From contig WGAI01000053.1 of the NCBI GenBank assembly GCA_015489175.1, positions 9,519-73,518 of the forward strand: a stretch of 64,000 bases of DNA, read 5' to 3'. Both the position numbers and the translations under genes were made by a program. Shown piece by piece: positions 1-9,998 of this stretch (position 1 is the first letter of the stretch; each line of letters begins with the position of its first letter). The notes beneath the pieces were generated by a model. It saw only the letters and a list, made by a program, of their open reading frames with translations. It was not told the origin of the DNA and searched no databases. The DNA is from a candidate division WOR-3 bacterium (GTDB lineage Bacteria; Hydrothermota; Hydrothermia; B15-G9).

Positions 1-284
1 GCGATCAACCCCCGTGATGTTGCACCCTTTATGTGTTCCCCTGTAATTCCGACCACCACGCTATCGAACTCGGATTTGGCCATTTGATATGCCTGCTGGG
101 CTGCTTCCTTAACCGACAAAGCGGTCTTTTCGATGTTGACAATTCTGCCATTTCTGATGCCTGTTGATCGTGTCCTTCCGACGCCAAGCACGCGCACCTC
201 TTTGTTCAAACCCACCTCGGCAACTATGGCAGCCACTTTGCCGGAACCGAGATCGATCGCGAGAACCCTCTTGAAATCATCCAT
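1..284 (-). CDS. ftsA: Cell division protein FtsA, N-terminal part (runs off the window edge)
   Basis: Not in the ORF track. Manual translation from ATG 284 gives MDDFKRVLAIDLGSGKVAAIVAE...GIRNGRIVNIEKT..., with the actin-like phosphate-1 motif. GGAGGT SD; lies downstream of murC-murB-ftsQ. Confidence 0.95.
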   Translation of the reverse strand, partial: MDDFKRVLAIDLGSGKVAAIVAEVGLNKEVRVLGVGRTRSTGIRNGRIVNIEKTALSVKEAAQQAYQMAKSEFDSVVVGITGEHIKGATSRGLI

Positions 285-288
285 TTAT

Positions 289-657
289 CTACCTCCTCAG
301 AATAGCCCAGCCTTCATGCCGGAAATCCAGCACTCTAAAACCATAGTTTGCGGAAATTATGCTGTCCGCAGCTGATAGTTTCAAGCTCAGATCTCCGTCA
401 CCCAAAATTATTGTCCTACCATAAGTTAACTGAATAGCACCGTTATCGGCCCGCACAAACCGCTTCTTCAATGCCGGATACGGCTTAAGAGCTTGCAAAA
501 CAGCCTGCTTGCTAACTCTTTCCGGCAATTCCGGCAAAACAGGAGAACGCCGCTTTTTAAGCTGTCCGTAAAGGACAATCGCTATAATGGCTATCAGGAT
601 ATAGCGACCTATTTTACGCTTTTTCCTGCGAGGCCTATACGGGACCATCGAAATCAC
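289..657 (-). CDS. Short FtsQ/DivIB-like bitopic membrane protein
   Basis: Basic N-tail, one TM helix, C-terminal 'IILG...VLDFR' resembling the FtsQ DLR end; lies between murB and ftsA. Confidence 0.6.
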   Translation of the reverse strand: MISMVPYRPRRKKRKIGRYILIAIIAIVLYGQLKKRRSPVLPELPERVSKQAVLQALKPYPALKKRFVRADNGAIQLTYGRTIILGDGDLSLKLSAADSIISANYGFRVLDFRHEGWAILRR

Positions 658-1504
658 CCATCATAACAACTTCTGTTTCAAGTTCTATCCCAAACTGCTC
701 CAACACCCTCCTTTTGCCAATTTGAATTAAGCGAAAGATATCGGACGCAGTGGCATCACCAAGATTAACTATGAAATTAGCATGGATGCGGGAATATTCA
801 GCCCCTCCAACCTTAAGTCTCTTCACCCCTGCCTTGTCCAGAAGCCAGCCTGCGGGATGCGCGTCTTTCGGATTTTTGAAAACGCTTCCAGCGGTTCTGC
901 CGCGCGGCTGCTTCCTGTGCCTATCAATGAGAAGCTCCCTCATTCTGGACCTAATTCTCTCCACAACTCCTTTTTTAAGCTCCAACTGCACTCTTAAAAT
1001 CGGCCCTTCTGACGGCAAAATAGTTTTTCTGTATAAAAATTTTAGTGCATCACTCCTGTATCGCTCAACTCCGGCATCTCCATAGATTTCAATCCAATTC
1101 ACAAGTTCTCCTATCTCGCGCCCGTAAGCGCCTGCGTTCTGAACGATTGCTCCGCCTACGGTGCCCGGTATCCCGGCGAGCTCCTCAAGGCCAGAGAGCC
1201 CCATGTCAACCGTTATCCTTGCAAGGCGAGGCAGTTTTACGCCTGCCTGCACAGTCACTTTTGTCCCATCGATGGAAATTCCGTTGAGCAGGTTCATTCG
1301 CACAACCATGCCGCGAAATCCATCATCATGCACAAGGAGATTTGACCCACTTCCGATGAAAAAAATTTCAAGTCCATGTTCCTCTGCAAAATTCAACGCT
1401 TCAACGAGTTCCCGTTCGTTGGCTGGCTCAACGAAGAAATCTGCCGGCCCACCAACTCCCCATGTCGTGTATCTGGCAAGCGGTATGTTTCTGAGCAGTT
1501 CCAT
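635..1504 (-). CDS. murB: UDP-N-acetylenolpyruvoylglucosamine reductase
   Basis: GGPAD, GSGSNLL, GIPGTVGGA, AGSVFKNP, HANFIVN and ELETEV motifs. Confidence 0.97.
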   Translation of the reverse strand: MELLRNIPLARYTTWGVGGPADFFVEPANERELVEALNFAEEHGLEIFFIGSGSNLLVHDDGFRGMVVRMNLLNGISIDGTKVTVQAGVKLPRLARITVDMGLSGLEELAGIPGTVGGAIVQNAGAYGREIGELVNWIEIYGDAGVERYRSDALKFLYRKTILPSEGPILRVQLELKKGVVERIRSRMRELLIDRHRKQPRGRTAGSVFKNPKDAHPAGWLLDKAGVKRLKVGGAEYSRIHANFIVNLGDATASDIFRLIQIGKRRVLEQFGIELETEVVMMGDFDGPV

Positions 1505-1512
1505 CGTGCAGC

Positions 1513-2877
1513 CTAACCCTTAAGAAACTCCTCGCCGACCTTCCAGACATCCCCTGCGCCGAGCGTTATGACGAGGTCGCCAGAACGCGCCTCCTTTTTC
1601 AGCACATCGAGGGCCTCATTGTGTCCGTTTACCAGAGTTACATCCCTATGGCCTGAATCCTTTACCGCCCTGTATATCAATTCGGCGCTTACCCCTTCGA
1701 TAGGTTTCTCGCCAGCGGGGTAGATCGGCATGATTATGACCTTGTCGGCTTCGTTGAAGACAGGCCCGAACTTGCGATGCAGGTAGAATGTCCGCGTGTA
1801 TCTGTGAGGCTGGAAAACGACGATTATCCTGCCGGACCAGTATGAACGCGCAGACTGAAGCACAGCCGCTATCTCGCTTGGATGGTGCCCGTAATCGTCA
1901 ACGACCTTAACACCGTCTCTCTCGCCCTTTATCTCGAACCTGCGCATGACGCCGGTGAAGTCAGACAGCGCTTTTGCGACTGTGTCGGGCGGTATCTCAA
2001 GCTCGATGGCCGCAACAAAAGCTGAAAGTGAGTTTTTGATGTTGTGAATTCCGGGAACCTGAAGGTCAACTTTTGCGAGGAAATGTTCCCTGTAATAAGC
2101 ACGATAGCTTGAGGCCATCCCTTTGAGCTCGACATCCCTTGCGTGGACATCGGCCTGCCGACTGAGTCCGTAGGTCATTATCCTTTTGTTGATGCGAGGC
2201 AGGATGCTGCGAGCACCTTCATCATCGAGGTTTACCGTAACAAGCCCGTAAAATGGAACCCGTTCCGCAAACTGCACGAATGCATCCTTTATCTCATCCA
2301 GATTGCCGTATGTGTCCAGATGCTCCTCGTCTATATTAGTGATAACGGCGATCGTGGGGAACAGCTTCAGGAACGATTTATCCGATTCGTCCGCCTCCGC
2401 AACGAGATATTCCGAGCCTCCGAGCTTTGCGCCTGTCCCAAGTCCCTTAATTCTGCCGCCGACAACCACGGTCGGGTCGAGGCCGGCGTCCTCAAGCACC
2501 TTTGCGATCATCGATGTCGTCGTGGTCTTGCCGTGTGCGCCTGAGACGGCTATCGAGTATTTCATCCTCATGAGCTCGGCGAGCATGTCGGCACGGCGAA
2601 TTACCGGAATCTTTAGTTCCCTTGCTGCAACGACTTCAGGGTTGTCGTCAGGGACCGCTGTCGAGATCACGAGCACATCCGCATCGTCGATGTTTGCTGG
2701 ATCATGTCCGTAGTAAACTTTTATACCAAGCGATTCAAGCCTTTGCGTGACAGCCGATTCTTTTAGGTCGGAGCCGGTGATTGTGAAGCCGAGGTTGTGA
2801 AGCACCTCGGCAATGCCGCTCATGCCGGAACCGCCGATGCCAACAAAATGCAATTTCTTGAATTTTCCGAATTTCAT
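1513..2877 (-). CDS. murC: UDP-N-acetylmuramate--L-alanine ligase
   Basis: HFVGIGGSGMSG, GAHGKTTT, EADESD, DDYGHHP and FQPHRYTRT motifs; start set at ATG 2877 after GGAGG. Confidence 0.98.
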   Translation of the reverse strand: MKFGKFKKLHFVGIGGSGMSGIAEVLHNLGFTITGSDLKESAVTQRLESLGIKVYYGHDPANIDDADVLVISTAVPDDNPEVVAARELKIPVIRRADMLAELMRMKYSIAVSGAHGKTTTTSMIAKVLEDAGLDPTVVVGGRIKGLGTGAKLGGSEYLVAEADESDKSFLKLFPTIAVITNIDEEHLDTYGNLDEIKDAFVQFAERVPFYGLVTVNLDDEGARSILPRINKRIMTYGLSRQADVHARDVELKGMASSYRAYYREHFLAKVDLQVPGIHNIKNSLSAFVAAIELEIPPDTVAKALSDFTGVMRRFEIKGERDGVKVVDDYGHHPSEIAAVLQSARSYWSGRIIVVFQPHRYTRTFYLHRKFGPVFNEADKVIIMPIYPAGEKPIEGVSAELIYRAVKDSGHRDVTLVNGHNEALDVLKKEARSGDLVITLGAGDVWKVGEEFLKG

Positions 2878-2926
2878 CTCATTCCTCCAATAGAAGCTCA
2901 AATTTTAAGCCCAATTCACCTGAAGC

Positions 2927-5092
2927 TCATTCCTCGTAGAGAACTAATTCCATGCGTTTCTGTGACTTATCAACTCTTGCGACGACGACTTTGACCTTCT
3001 GCCCTATGCGGAAGGATCTGGCGCCGCCGACTTCGACAAGTGCGATTTGAGCCTGATCGTGCTGAAAATTGCCGCCCAGCGTCTCAATCGGGACAAATCC
3101 TTCAACAAGGTATTCCGGGATTTCAACGAACATCCCATAAGGTGTTATGTGGGTGACAATGCCTTCGAACACCTCGCCGACTCGATCCTTCATAAATTCG
3201 AGCTTTTTGAGATCCCACAGCTCAAATTCGGCCTCCTCAGCGACATTTTCCCGTTCGGTCGAGTGGACGGCTATCTCCTCAAGTCTGGCAATGACATCCG
3301 CGCCAACGAGCGGCTTTCCGCTGATGGCGCTCTTGAGCAGCCTGTGAACGACGAGGTCAGGATACCGTCGAATTGGAGATGTGAAATGGAGATAAGCCTC
3401 GCTCGCAAGCCCGAAATGCCCCCTGTTCTCAACAGAATAGTGAGCCCTTTTCATCGAGCGAAGTAGGAGGTAGTTCAAGATCGGTTCTTCAGGCCGCCCC
3501 TCCGCCATTTTTATGATTCTTTGCAGCTCGATAGGCGTAACCTTATCCACTTCAGGCGGTTCAAAGTTAAGGATGGCCGATGCAAATGTGAGGAATTGCT
3601 TGACCTTTTCGGGTTTTGGCGGCTCGTGGACGCGATAGACGGTCGGCAGCTCCCTGTCGTTGAAGTATCGCGCTACCTGTTCGTTGGCGAGTATCATAAA
3701 CTCCTCAATGAGCTTATGGCTCCATGTGCGTTCGAGCGGCCTGATGTATTCCACAGCGCCGGTCGGCAGAAGTTTGAACTCAGGCTCAGGAAGATCAAAG
3801 TCTATGCTGCCCCTCTGTTCCCGATTGGCTCTAAGTTTCTTTGCGAGCTCAAGAGCGACCCTCAACGCCTTTGCGACCGCCTGCCTCGTGCCCCTTCCGA
3901 CGAACTTTGAGACAGTTTTTGGCGGCAGTTTCTTTCCGTCAAGCATCCTCTGTGCGTCCTCGTAACTCAGCCGAGCCTTCGATTTAATGACTGAGCGGAA
4001 AAATCGTGATGACAGCACGCGCCCGTTCCTGTCAAGCCGCATGATCACGCTGAAGGTGAGCCTGTCAACGCCGGGCATGAGGGATGCGAGGTCACTCGAC
4101 AGCTCATGGGGCAGCATCGGGACGACATAGTCTATAAGGTAAACGCTGGTGCCTCTTTTGAACGCCTCTCTGTCTAAGACAGAGCCCTCGGTCACATAGT
4201 AACTCACATCCGCAATGTGCACGCCAAGCTCATAGCCGTCCTTCAGCTTCTTGATAGAAATTGCATCATCGAAATCCTTTGCGGTCTCAGGGTCAATCGT
4301 AAAGATCAGCTCCTTTCTGAGATCGAGCCGTCCCTTCTCGACTTTGACATCTCTCATTTCCTTGTGCAAGCGGCGGGCTGCCTTTTTGACCTTGTTGGGG
4401 AAGTCTTCCGGCAGGTCGTATTTTCTGAGCACGATGTAGAGGTCTATCTTCGGATCGTCTGCCCTGCCGAGCACCTCAATGATCTCAGCCACAGGCACAA
4501 CTTTGCCCCTTCTGAGCTTAAAAACGACCTTATCGCCGTCGCGCGCACCACCGGTTTTGCCGCCGGGCACAGGTATCTCTGGTGGTAAGGATGGCTCATC
4601 GGGTATAACGACACCGCTTTTCCTGCCGCCGCGAAATGTCCCGATGAATTTCGTTTTGACGCGTTCGACGATTCGGATAACCCTGCCTTCAGGCCTGCGG
4701 CCGCCACGCCTCTTCATCCTCACGAGCACGATGTCGCCGGAAATGGCGCCCTTCATCGCATGCGGCGGGATAAACACATCTGGCTCGTCGTCCCGCAACA
4801 GGAAGCCAAAACCCTCCTTAAAACGCTGAATCTTGCCTTTGACAAGGTTGAGCCGTTCAGGTATCCCGTATCGTTTCTCGTCTATTCGAATGATCTTGCC
4901 CGTTTTTTCGAGCTCTTTCAGGAATTTTTCGACTATGTGTCGGTTTGTCCTTTTCAGGCCGAGCCGTTTGGCTATCGAATTGGTCGTGAGGGCACCGCGC
5001 TTTGAACGCTGGAGCACATCGATTATTTTTTTCTCGTTTATCGCTGGCCACGACCCGGTTCTCTGTTTTTTCTTCCGTTTCTTTTTGCCCAT
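2927..5092 (-). CDS. rnr: Ribonuclease R
   Basis: Cold-shock domains, TIDPETAKDFDDA, HIADVS, HFTSPIRRYPDL and a C-terminal S1 domain. Confidence 0.95.
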   Translation of the reverse strand: MGKKKRKKKQRTGSWPAINEKKIIDVLQRSKRGALTTNSIAKRLGLKRTNRHIVEKFLKELEKTGKIIRIDEKRYGIPERLNLVKGKIQRFKEGFGFLLRDDEPDVFIPPHAMKGAISGDIVLVRMKRRGGRRPEGRVIRIVERVKTKFIGTFRGGRKSGVVIPDEPSLPPEIPVPGGKTGGARDGDKVVFKLRRGKVVPVAEIIEVLGRADDPKIDLYIVLRKYDLPEDFPNKVKKAARRLHKEMRDVKVEKGRLDLRKELIFTIDPETAKDFDDAISIKKLKDGYELGVHIADVSYYVTEGSVLDREAFKRGTSVYLIDYVVPMLPHELSSDLASLMPGVDRLTFSVIMRLDRNGRVLSSRFFRSVIKSKARLSYEDAQRMLDGKKLPPKTVSKFVGRGTRQAVAKALRVALELAKKLRANREQRGSIDFDLPEPEFKLLPTGAVEYIRPLERTWSHKLIEEFMILANEQVARYFNDRELPTVYRVHEPPKPEKVKQFLTFASAILNFEPPEVDKVTPIELQRIIKMAEGRPEEPILNYLLLRSMKRAHYSVENRGHFGLASEAYLHFTSPIRRYPDLVVHRLLKSAISGKPLVGADVIARLEEIAVHSTERENVAEEAEFELWDLKKLEFMKDRVGEVFEGIVTHITPYGMFVEIPEYLVEGFVPIETLGGNFQHDQAQIALVEVGGARSFRIGQKVKVVVARVDKSQKRMELVLYEE

Positions 5093-5102
5093 ATCAACTC
5101 CG

Positions 5103-6503
5103 TTAAATCAACACTGCGATCAGGGCGATCACAATGGTTATGTAGGCGAACAAATCGCCGAATTTTGAATAAAATGTCCCGCCGTAGCCCACAGGCAGGT
5201 CTCCGACAAGAATAGAGTTATCGGAGAAAAGTGTGTTTTTCGAGGCGATAACTCTGCCGCTCGGCGCTATGAGCTGGGCGATGCCGTCCTTAGTCGATCT
5301 GACGATCGAAACCCTGTTCTCGATAGCGCGCATGGGCACAATTCTGGCATGGCGCTCGTACACATCCAGCCAATCCCACGACGGGTCAGCTATGACCTGA
5401 GCGCCCTTTTTGCCCAGTTTACGCGTCAGGTCGGTGAAAACTTCATCGTTGCAGATGACAACGCCGAGCTTAAACTGCTCGACCTGCGTGACCTCGGGCT
5501 CGCCCTCTCCCGGATCAGCCTTATCAACAAACGGGACAAGATGATGCTTGTGGTATTCCATCAACATCTCGCCGCTCGGAGATATGACCCATGCGAAGTT
5601 GAGCTTCCTTGAGCTGTCATACACCCCGACGACCTGATAGATGCCGAGCTCTCTCGAGAGTGAGGAGAGGAAAGTTTTCATGCTGTCCCTCGTTTCATCC
5701 GTGACTTTGAGCACCTCCTCAGGCCACACAACCAACATCGCATCATAGTCGAATGTCGCTTTTCGCACCAGCTCAGCGTATTTGTTGGCCCAGTTGAAGG
5801 AGTAATCGGCATCCCTATCGATGACATCCTTGCCCTTCTCCTTCAGGCACACGGTCGCAGTTCGGATATAGCTGCCGTATTCGTTGAACTTGCTAAGCCT
5901 GAATGCGCCCCATCCTATCACGGCAACCAAAACAAGGATGGCTATCAAGAGCGTCGCGGCATACCTTTTGAAATCCTTGTTAAAGTAAACGGCAGCACCG
6001 ATTGCGGCTCCGAAAAAGTAAATCAGGAAGGTAATCCCCCAGACCCCCGTAAGCTCAGCGATTTGCACAGACGCCAGAAATCCCAGCATCGAGTAAGCTA
6101 TGGATGTGGCTGTCCCGATATTCGAGAGTGAAATCAGGTAGTCAATTGCTGTGAAGAACGAGGCGAGCGCAAGGACACCAAAAAATAACCTCTTTTTCCT
6201 GAACTGCTTTTTTGCTATCCAGAGACCAAGACTATACAGCAAGGTAAGCCCTATGACCACTGCAATCGAGATGACGATCGACCACGAAATGGTTATCAAG
6301 CCGATGAATCCGATTATCACAAACACTAAGGAGAACAGCAGGATATTAAGTATGTTCGGATTGGAGAGTGCAAAGAACGCTATCGAGCCGCTCGCGACCA
6401 GCAGAAGCGGCCAGATGTAAAACGGATGGCCTCCGAGATAGAGACTAAGCCCTCCAACGACGCCAGCCACGACCGAGTAGATGTAATTTTTGATGGATTT
6501 CAT
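5103..6503 (-). CDS. Apolipoprotein N-acyltransferase-like membrane nitrilase-family protein
   Basis: Multi-TM N-terminal half; E-K-C triad context VWPEE / YHKHHLVPF / VICND; MRAIENR. Confidence 0.8.
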   Translation of the reverse strand: MKSIKNYIYSVVAGVVGGLSLYLGGHPFYIWPLLLVASGSIAFFALSNPNILNILLFSLVFVIIGFIGLITISWSIVISIAVVIGLTLLYSLGLWIAKKQFRKKRLFFGVLALASFFTAIDYLISLSNIGTATSIAYSMLGFLASVQIAELTGVWGITFLIYFFGAAIGAAVYFNKDFKRYAATLLIAILVLVAVIGWGAFRLSKFNEYGSYIRTATVCLKEKGKDVIDRDADYSFNWANKYAELVRKATFDYDAMLVVWPEEVLKVTDETRDSMKTFLSSLSRELGIYQVVGVYDSSRKLNFAWVISPSGEMLMEYHKHHLVPFVDKADPGEGEPEVTQVEQFKLGVVICNDEVFTDLTRKLGKKGAQVIADPSWDWLDVYERHARIVPMRAIENRVSIVRSTKDGIAQLIAPSGRVIASKNTLFSDNSILVGDLPVGYGGTFYSKFGDLFAYITIVIALIAVLI

Positions 6504-6511
6504 CTCTCACC

Positions 6512-7507
6512 TCACTTTAGTTTGACGATAGCCACCCCTGAATCTGTTGCCACATAGGCGAAATCGCCTTTGACCTCCACATCAAACGGAACGCCGCCCA
6601 TGTTGAGCTGAGCGAGCAGCCTTGGGGCCTTCGGGTTGGAAACGGAGAAAATGAAAAGGCCAGCCGAATTCGTCACAAATAGGTTCTTGTCCGCCAGCTT
6701 AATGCCATAAGACTCGCCCTTTATCTTGAAGTTGTAAACCTCGGTCGGCTTGCGCAGGTTTTTAAGGCTAAAAACCTTAAGTCCTGTGGTCGTAGAAACA
6801 TAAGCGTAGCCGTAGCCAATGGCGATGCTCTTGCCAGTGATGTCCTTGCCTATGGGAACCGCACCTATGAGCTCGATGCTGTCCCTGTCGGCCTTCCTCC
6901 AGACGCACAGACTGTCGCCTGCACTAAAGATGTAGTCCTGATAAACTACGAGGTCACTGGAACCGCCCTCCCTGTAAGCCATGATCTCAGGCTTTGCGGG
7001 ATTTGAGATGTCGATCAACTCAACCGAGTAGATACCGCTTTCGTTTATGTAGCAATCCGGCCCCCATGCGTCTATGGCGAAAACCGGACCGCTAAGTATC
7101 AACTGGCCAAGCTTCTGGGGATTTGATGGGTTCGTGATGTTGTAAGTCATGAATCGATAAGGCGATCCCGTGCCGAGTGCCGTTGTGCCCGTGCCGAGAT
7201 AGAGCACATTCCCATAGACCATCAAACTGCTGACCCGTAAATCCCCGATCTTTTTGCTGGACAGCAAAGTTGGATTTGTGCTGTTGGTGATGTCATAGAT
7301 CGCAAAACCGTTATTTCCCTGAGCGAGGAACAGGTGGTTACCTTCCATATCAAGCGCATCGACGCTGACCCCTTCGGCTATCCGCGCCACAATCCTGGGG
7401 TTCAGATATTGCCCCGGAACGACGGGGAACAGAAACGGCGCGCAGGCCGCAAAAAAAACGGTCACGAGCGCAATAGCCAGCGCTCCCAATGGTATCAATT
7501 TTTTCAT
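6512..7507 (-). CDS. LVIVD-repeat beta-propeller lipoprotein
   Basis: Lipobox FAAC; repeated 'YDITNSTNP / IDISNPAKP / FSVSNPKAP' units. Confidence 0.8.
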   Translation of the reverse strand: MKKLIPLGALAIALVTVFFAACAPFLFPVVPGQYLNPRIVARIAEGVSVDALDMEGNHLFLAQGNNGFAIYDITNSTNPTLLSSKKIGDLRVSSLMVYGNVLYLGTGTTALGTGSPYRFMTYNITNPSNPQKLGQLILSGPVFAIDAWGPDCYINESGIYSVELIDISNPAKPEIMAYREGGSSDLVVYQDYIFSAGDSLCVWRKADRDSIELIGAVPIGKDITGKSIAIGYGYAYVSTTTGLKVFSLKNLRKPTEVYNFKIKGESYGIKLADKNLFVTNSAGLFIFSVSNPKAPRLLAQLNMGGVPFDVEVKGDFAYVATDSGVAIVKLK

Positions 7508-7561
7508 ACCAACTCCTCCCGATTTGGATGTAAATGAAGATTTTACAGTATGAAGGCCGCC

Positions 7562-8701
7562 TTATCCCTTAGGAGGCAGTTTTCCTGCCCGTTCGGTCAG
7601 ATTTGCCCTCCAGTTCTTCAGCTTTTCAATGCCAGCCTTCACCTTTTCGCTGAAAACCGTGAGCCTTAGGTCTTCCAGCCTGCTGTGGGCGTCCTCCCTT
7701 TTGGCCACCAGCTCCGACGGGCTCGCTTTACCGAGGAATTCGACAGCGGACAGTGCGGCGAGCTCACCCTCAATCATCGCCGTGGTGGCTTCCTCAATGC
7801 CAGCAAGGTCTCCTGCCACAAAGACATTGGGCACATTCGTGCGCATATCCTCGTCGTGCCATGGGACATGCCCTCCGAGCTCAGGGATATACGCTATCTC
7901 AACGCCAGCCTGCCATGTCAGGTTGATTATCGGCGCAAGGCCCACCGCAAGGCATATCACATCGACATCTAACTCCCGTTCAGTGCCCGGAATGGGTCTG
8001 AACCGCTCGTCAACCTGTGCTATGACCGCACCTTCAACCTTTTCGTCCCCGATGGCTTCGATTATTGTATGGCGCGTGAGGATCGGCACGCCGTAGCGCC
8101 TCACCTTCGAGGCGTGCACGATGTAGCCGCCGATGCGGGGCAGGATCTCGACAATCGCCTCCACACTGGAGCCAGCCTGCAAAAGCTGATATGTCACGAT
8201 CAGGCCGATGTTGCCTGAGCCTATCATCAACACCCGTTCGCCGGGCAGCACGCCGTAAACATTCATCAATGTCTGGACTGCGCCAGCTCCATAGACGCCG
8301 GGCAGGTCGTTACCAGGAAAGGCGAGCATGTTCTCCCGTGCGCCTGTCGCAAAAATGACGGTTTGGGGCTTTATGTCGATGAGCTTCTCCTCAGGCTCCC
8401 TCTGATAGAGTGCGAGCGTCCCATCTTCGTAATACCCAATCGCTGTGGTGCTTAGCATGACGGTGATGTTCGGGTCGTTCATCACCTCTTCCGACAGTTT
8501 TCTGCCGATGGCGATGCCCCTGACGCCGGCCATGTGCTCGTAGGAGCCAAAAAACTTGTGGGTCTGTTTGACCAGCTGGCCGCCGAGTTTCCTGTTTTCA
8601 TCTACAAGGACGGTCTTAACGCCGAATTTCGATGCCATAAGTGCGGCAGACAGGCCTGCAGGGCCACCTCCGACAACAGCAAGTTCGTATCTCTCACTCA
8701 T
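7562..8701 (-). CDS. FAD/NAD(P)-dependent oxidoreductase (sarcosine oxidase alpha-like / Pyr_redox_2)
   Basis: GGGPAGLSAA, ATGARE, GSGNIG and FVAGD motifs; start at ATG 8701 overlaps the upstream gene. Confidence 0.88.
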   Translation of the reverse strand: MSERYELAVVGGGPAGLSAALMASKFGVKTVLVDENRKLGGQLVKQTHKFFGSYEHMAGVRGIAIGRKLSEEVMNDPNITVMLSTTAIGYYEDGTLALYQREPEEKLIDIKPQTVIFATGARENMLAFPGNDLPGVYGAGAVQTLMNVYGVLPGERVLMIGSGNIGLIVTYQLLQAGSSVEAIVEILPRIGGYIVHASKVRRYGVPILTRHTIIEAIGDEKVEGAVIAQVDERFRPIPGTERELDVDVICLAVGLAPIINLTWQAGVEIAYIPELGGHVPWHDEDMRTNVPNVFVAGDLAGIEEATTAMIEGELAALSAVEFLGKASPSELVAKREDAHSRLEDLRLTVFSEKVKAGIEKLKNWRANLTERAGKLPPKG

Positions 8702-9020
8702 CGCTTTCCTCCTGAACGATAGACTCAAGCCCGTGCTGGCGCCTTACATGGATGCCAGGCCTGACAAACTCCATGCATGTCCTGACATTCGGTCTCCCAT
8801 CCACCACCATCAAACAGGATGAGCATTTGCCTATGGCGCAGAAGAAGCCGCGCGGCCTGTGTTTGCGGGCAGAGTAGCCGAGCACCTTGATGCCGGCAGC
8901 ATGAAGAGCAGCAGCTATCGTCTCATTTGTGTATCCTTCGATCGGCCTACCTTCAAAATAAAAAACAACTTTCTCACCACGATCAAAATCGAGAACAGGA
9001 TGATCCTCAATGCGTTTCAT
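8694..9020 (-). CDS. 2Fe-2S binding protein (Fer2_4, sarcosine oxidase alpha N-terminal-like)
   Basis: ETIAAAL, RPRGFFCAIGKCSSC...RTC. Confidence 0.88.
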   Translation of the reverse strand: MKRIEDHPVLDFDRGEKVVFYFEGRPIEGYTNETIAAALHAAGIKVLGYSARKHRPRGFFCAIGKCSSCLMVVDGRPNVRTCMEFVRPGIHVRRQHGLESIVQEESDE

Positions 9021-9047
9021 TTAACGCCTCCGTGAAAAAGTTTATTT

Positions 9048-9998
9048 CTAATCCTCGTTGAGGCTTGGGTAGTTAAGCCCAAACCTGCTTCTGTAATAGA
9101 CTTTCATGCCAGCATACACCACGACGCCGATCAAAACATAGATCGGATAATGCACGCCGATGTTGACGGCATAGATTGCGCCGGACAGCCTAAAAGCGAA
9201 TTTCACGCTCTTTAAAAACCTCTCTTTTGGGACGAAAGGCGTGTAGATGAACACGATCGCCGTCACCGCTGCCGGGATGAACGCCATCATGTCCTTCAAG
9301 ACCAAAGCGGTGACAACCGAGGCTAACATGAGGACGGCGCCGACGATTGCGGTCGCCCTCTCGCCCAACAACACCCCAATAGTGATAGCGCCATCCCGAC
9401 GATCCCCTTCTATGTCCGCTATCGTGGTCTCAGCGTAAACCCCGAAAACTGCGAGGATGTAAGGGACTGAGCTTATGAGCGCCCCTCTGTCTATCCTTTG
9501 CGAAAAACTCCAGTAACCCAACAGAAATGTGAGGAATCCATAGCCCAACCCGTTCCAGACCATATCGATAACGGGTCTGCCCTTAAATCGGAACGGCGGC
9601 ACCGAATAAAGGAAACCCGTAATCCATATCACCGTCAACAGGATGAACGGTTCCCTGCCCATGTAGAACGCTATGGCGAGCCCGAGGACGGACAGGGCGG
9701 CCGTGTATAGCCATGCCGACCTGATGGTTATTATCCCTTCAGGCAGAAGGAAAAGCTTTTTGTTTATCCTGTCGGTCTCTATGTCGAAGATCTGGTTGAC
9801 GATGTAAGCGGTGGCGGATATCAGGGTCAGCGAAAGCATTGCCAGCCAGAACCTGCAGCAAAACGGAAGGTCGATTCCGTAGAGTGAGCCCCTGAATTTA
9901 GCGGCGTAATGCCCGTAAAACAGGAACATCCACACGGGCATCATGAGCGTGGGCCTCAAAAGCATGATGTAATCCCAGAGGTCAGCCTTCCTTTTCAT
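9048..9998 (-). CDS. UbiA-family prenyltransferase
   Basis: LLRP, NQIFDIETDRINK, YSVPPFRFK and DIEGDRRDG motifs; multi-TM. Confidence 0.9.
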   Translation of the reverse strand: MKRKADLWDYIMLLRPTLMMPVWMFLFYGHYAAKFRGSLYGIDLPFCCRFWLAMLSLTLISATAYIVNQIFDIETDRINKKLFLLPEGIITIRSAWLYTAALSVLGLAIAFYMGREPFILLTVIWITGFLYSVPPFRFKGRPVIDMVWNGLGYGFLTFLLGYWSFSQRIDRGALISSVPYILAVFGVYAETTIADIEGDRRDGAITIGVLLGERATAIVGAVLMLASVVTALVLKDMMAFIPAAVTAIVFIYTPFVPKERFLKSVKFAFRLSGAIYAVNIGVHYPIYVLIGVVVYAGMKVYYRSRFGLNYPSLNED

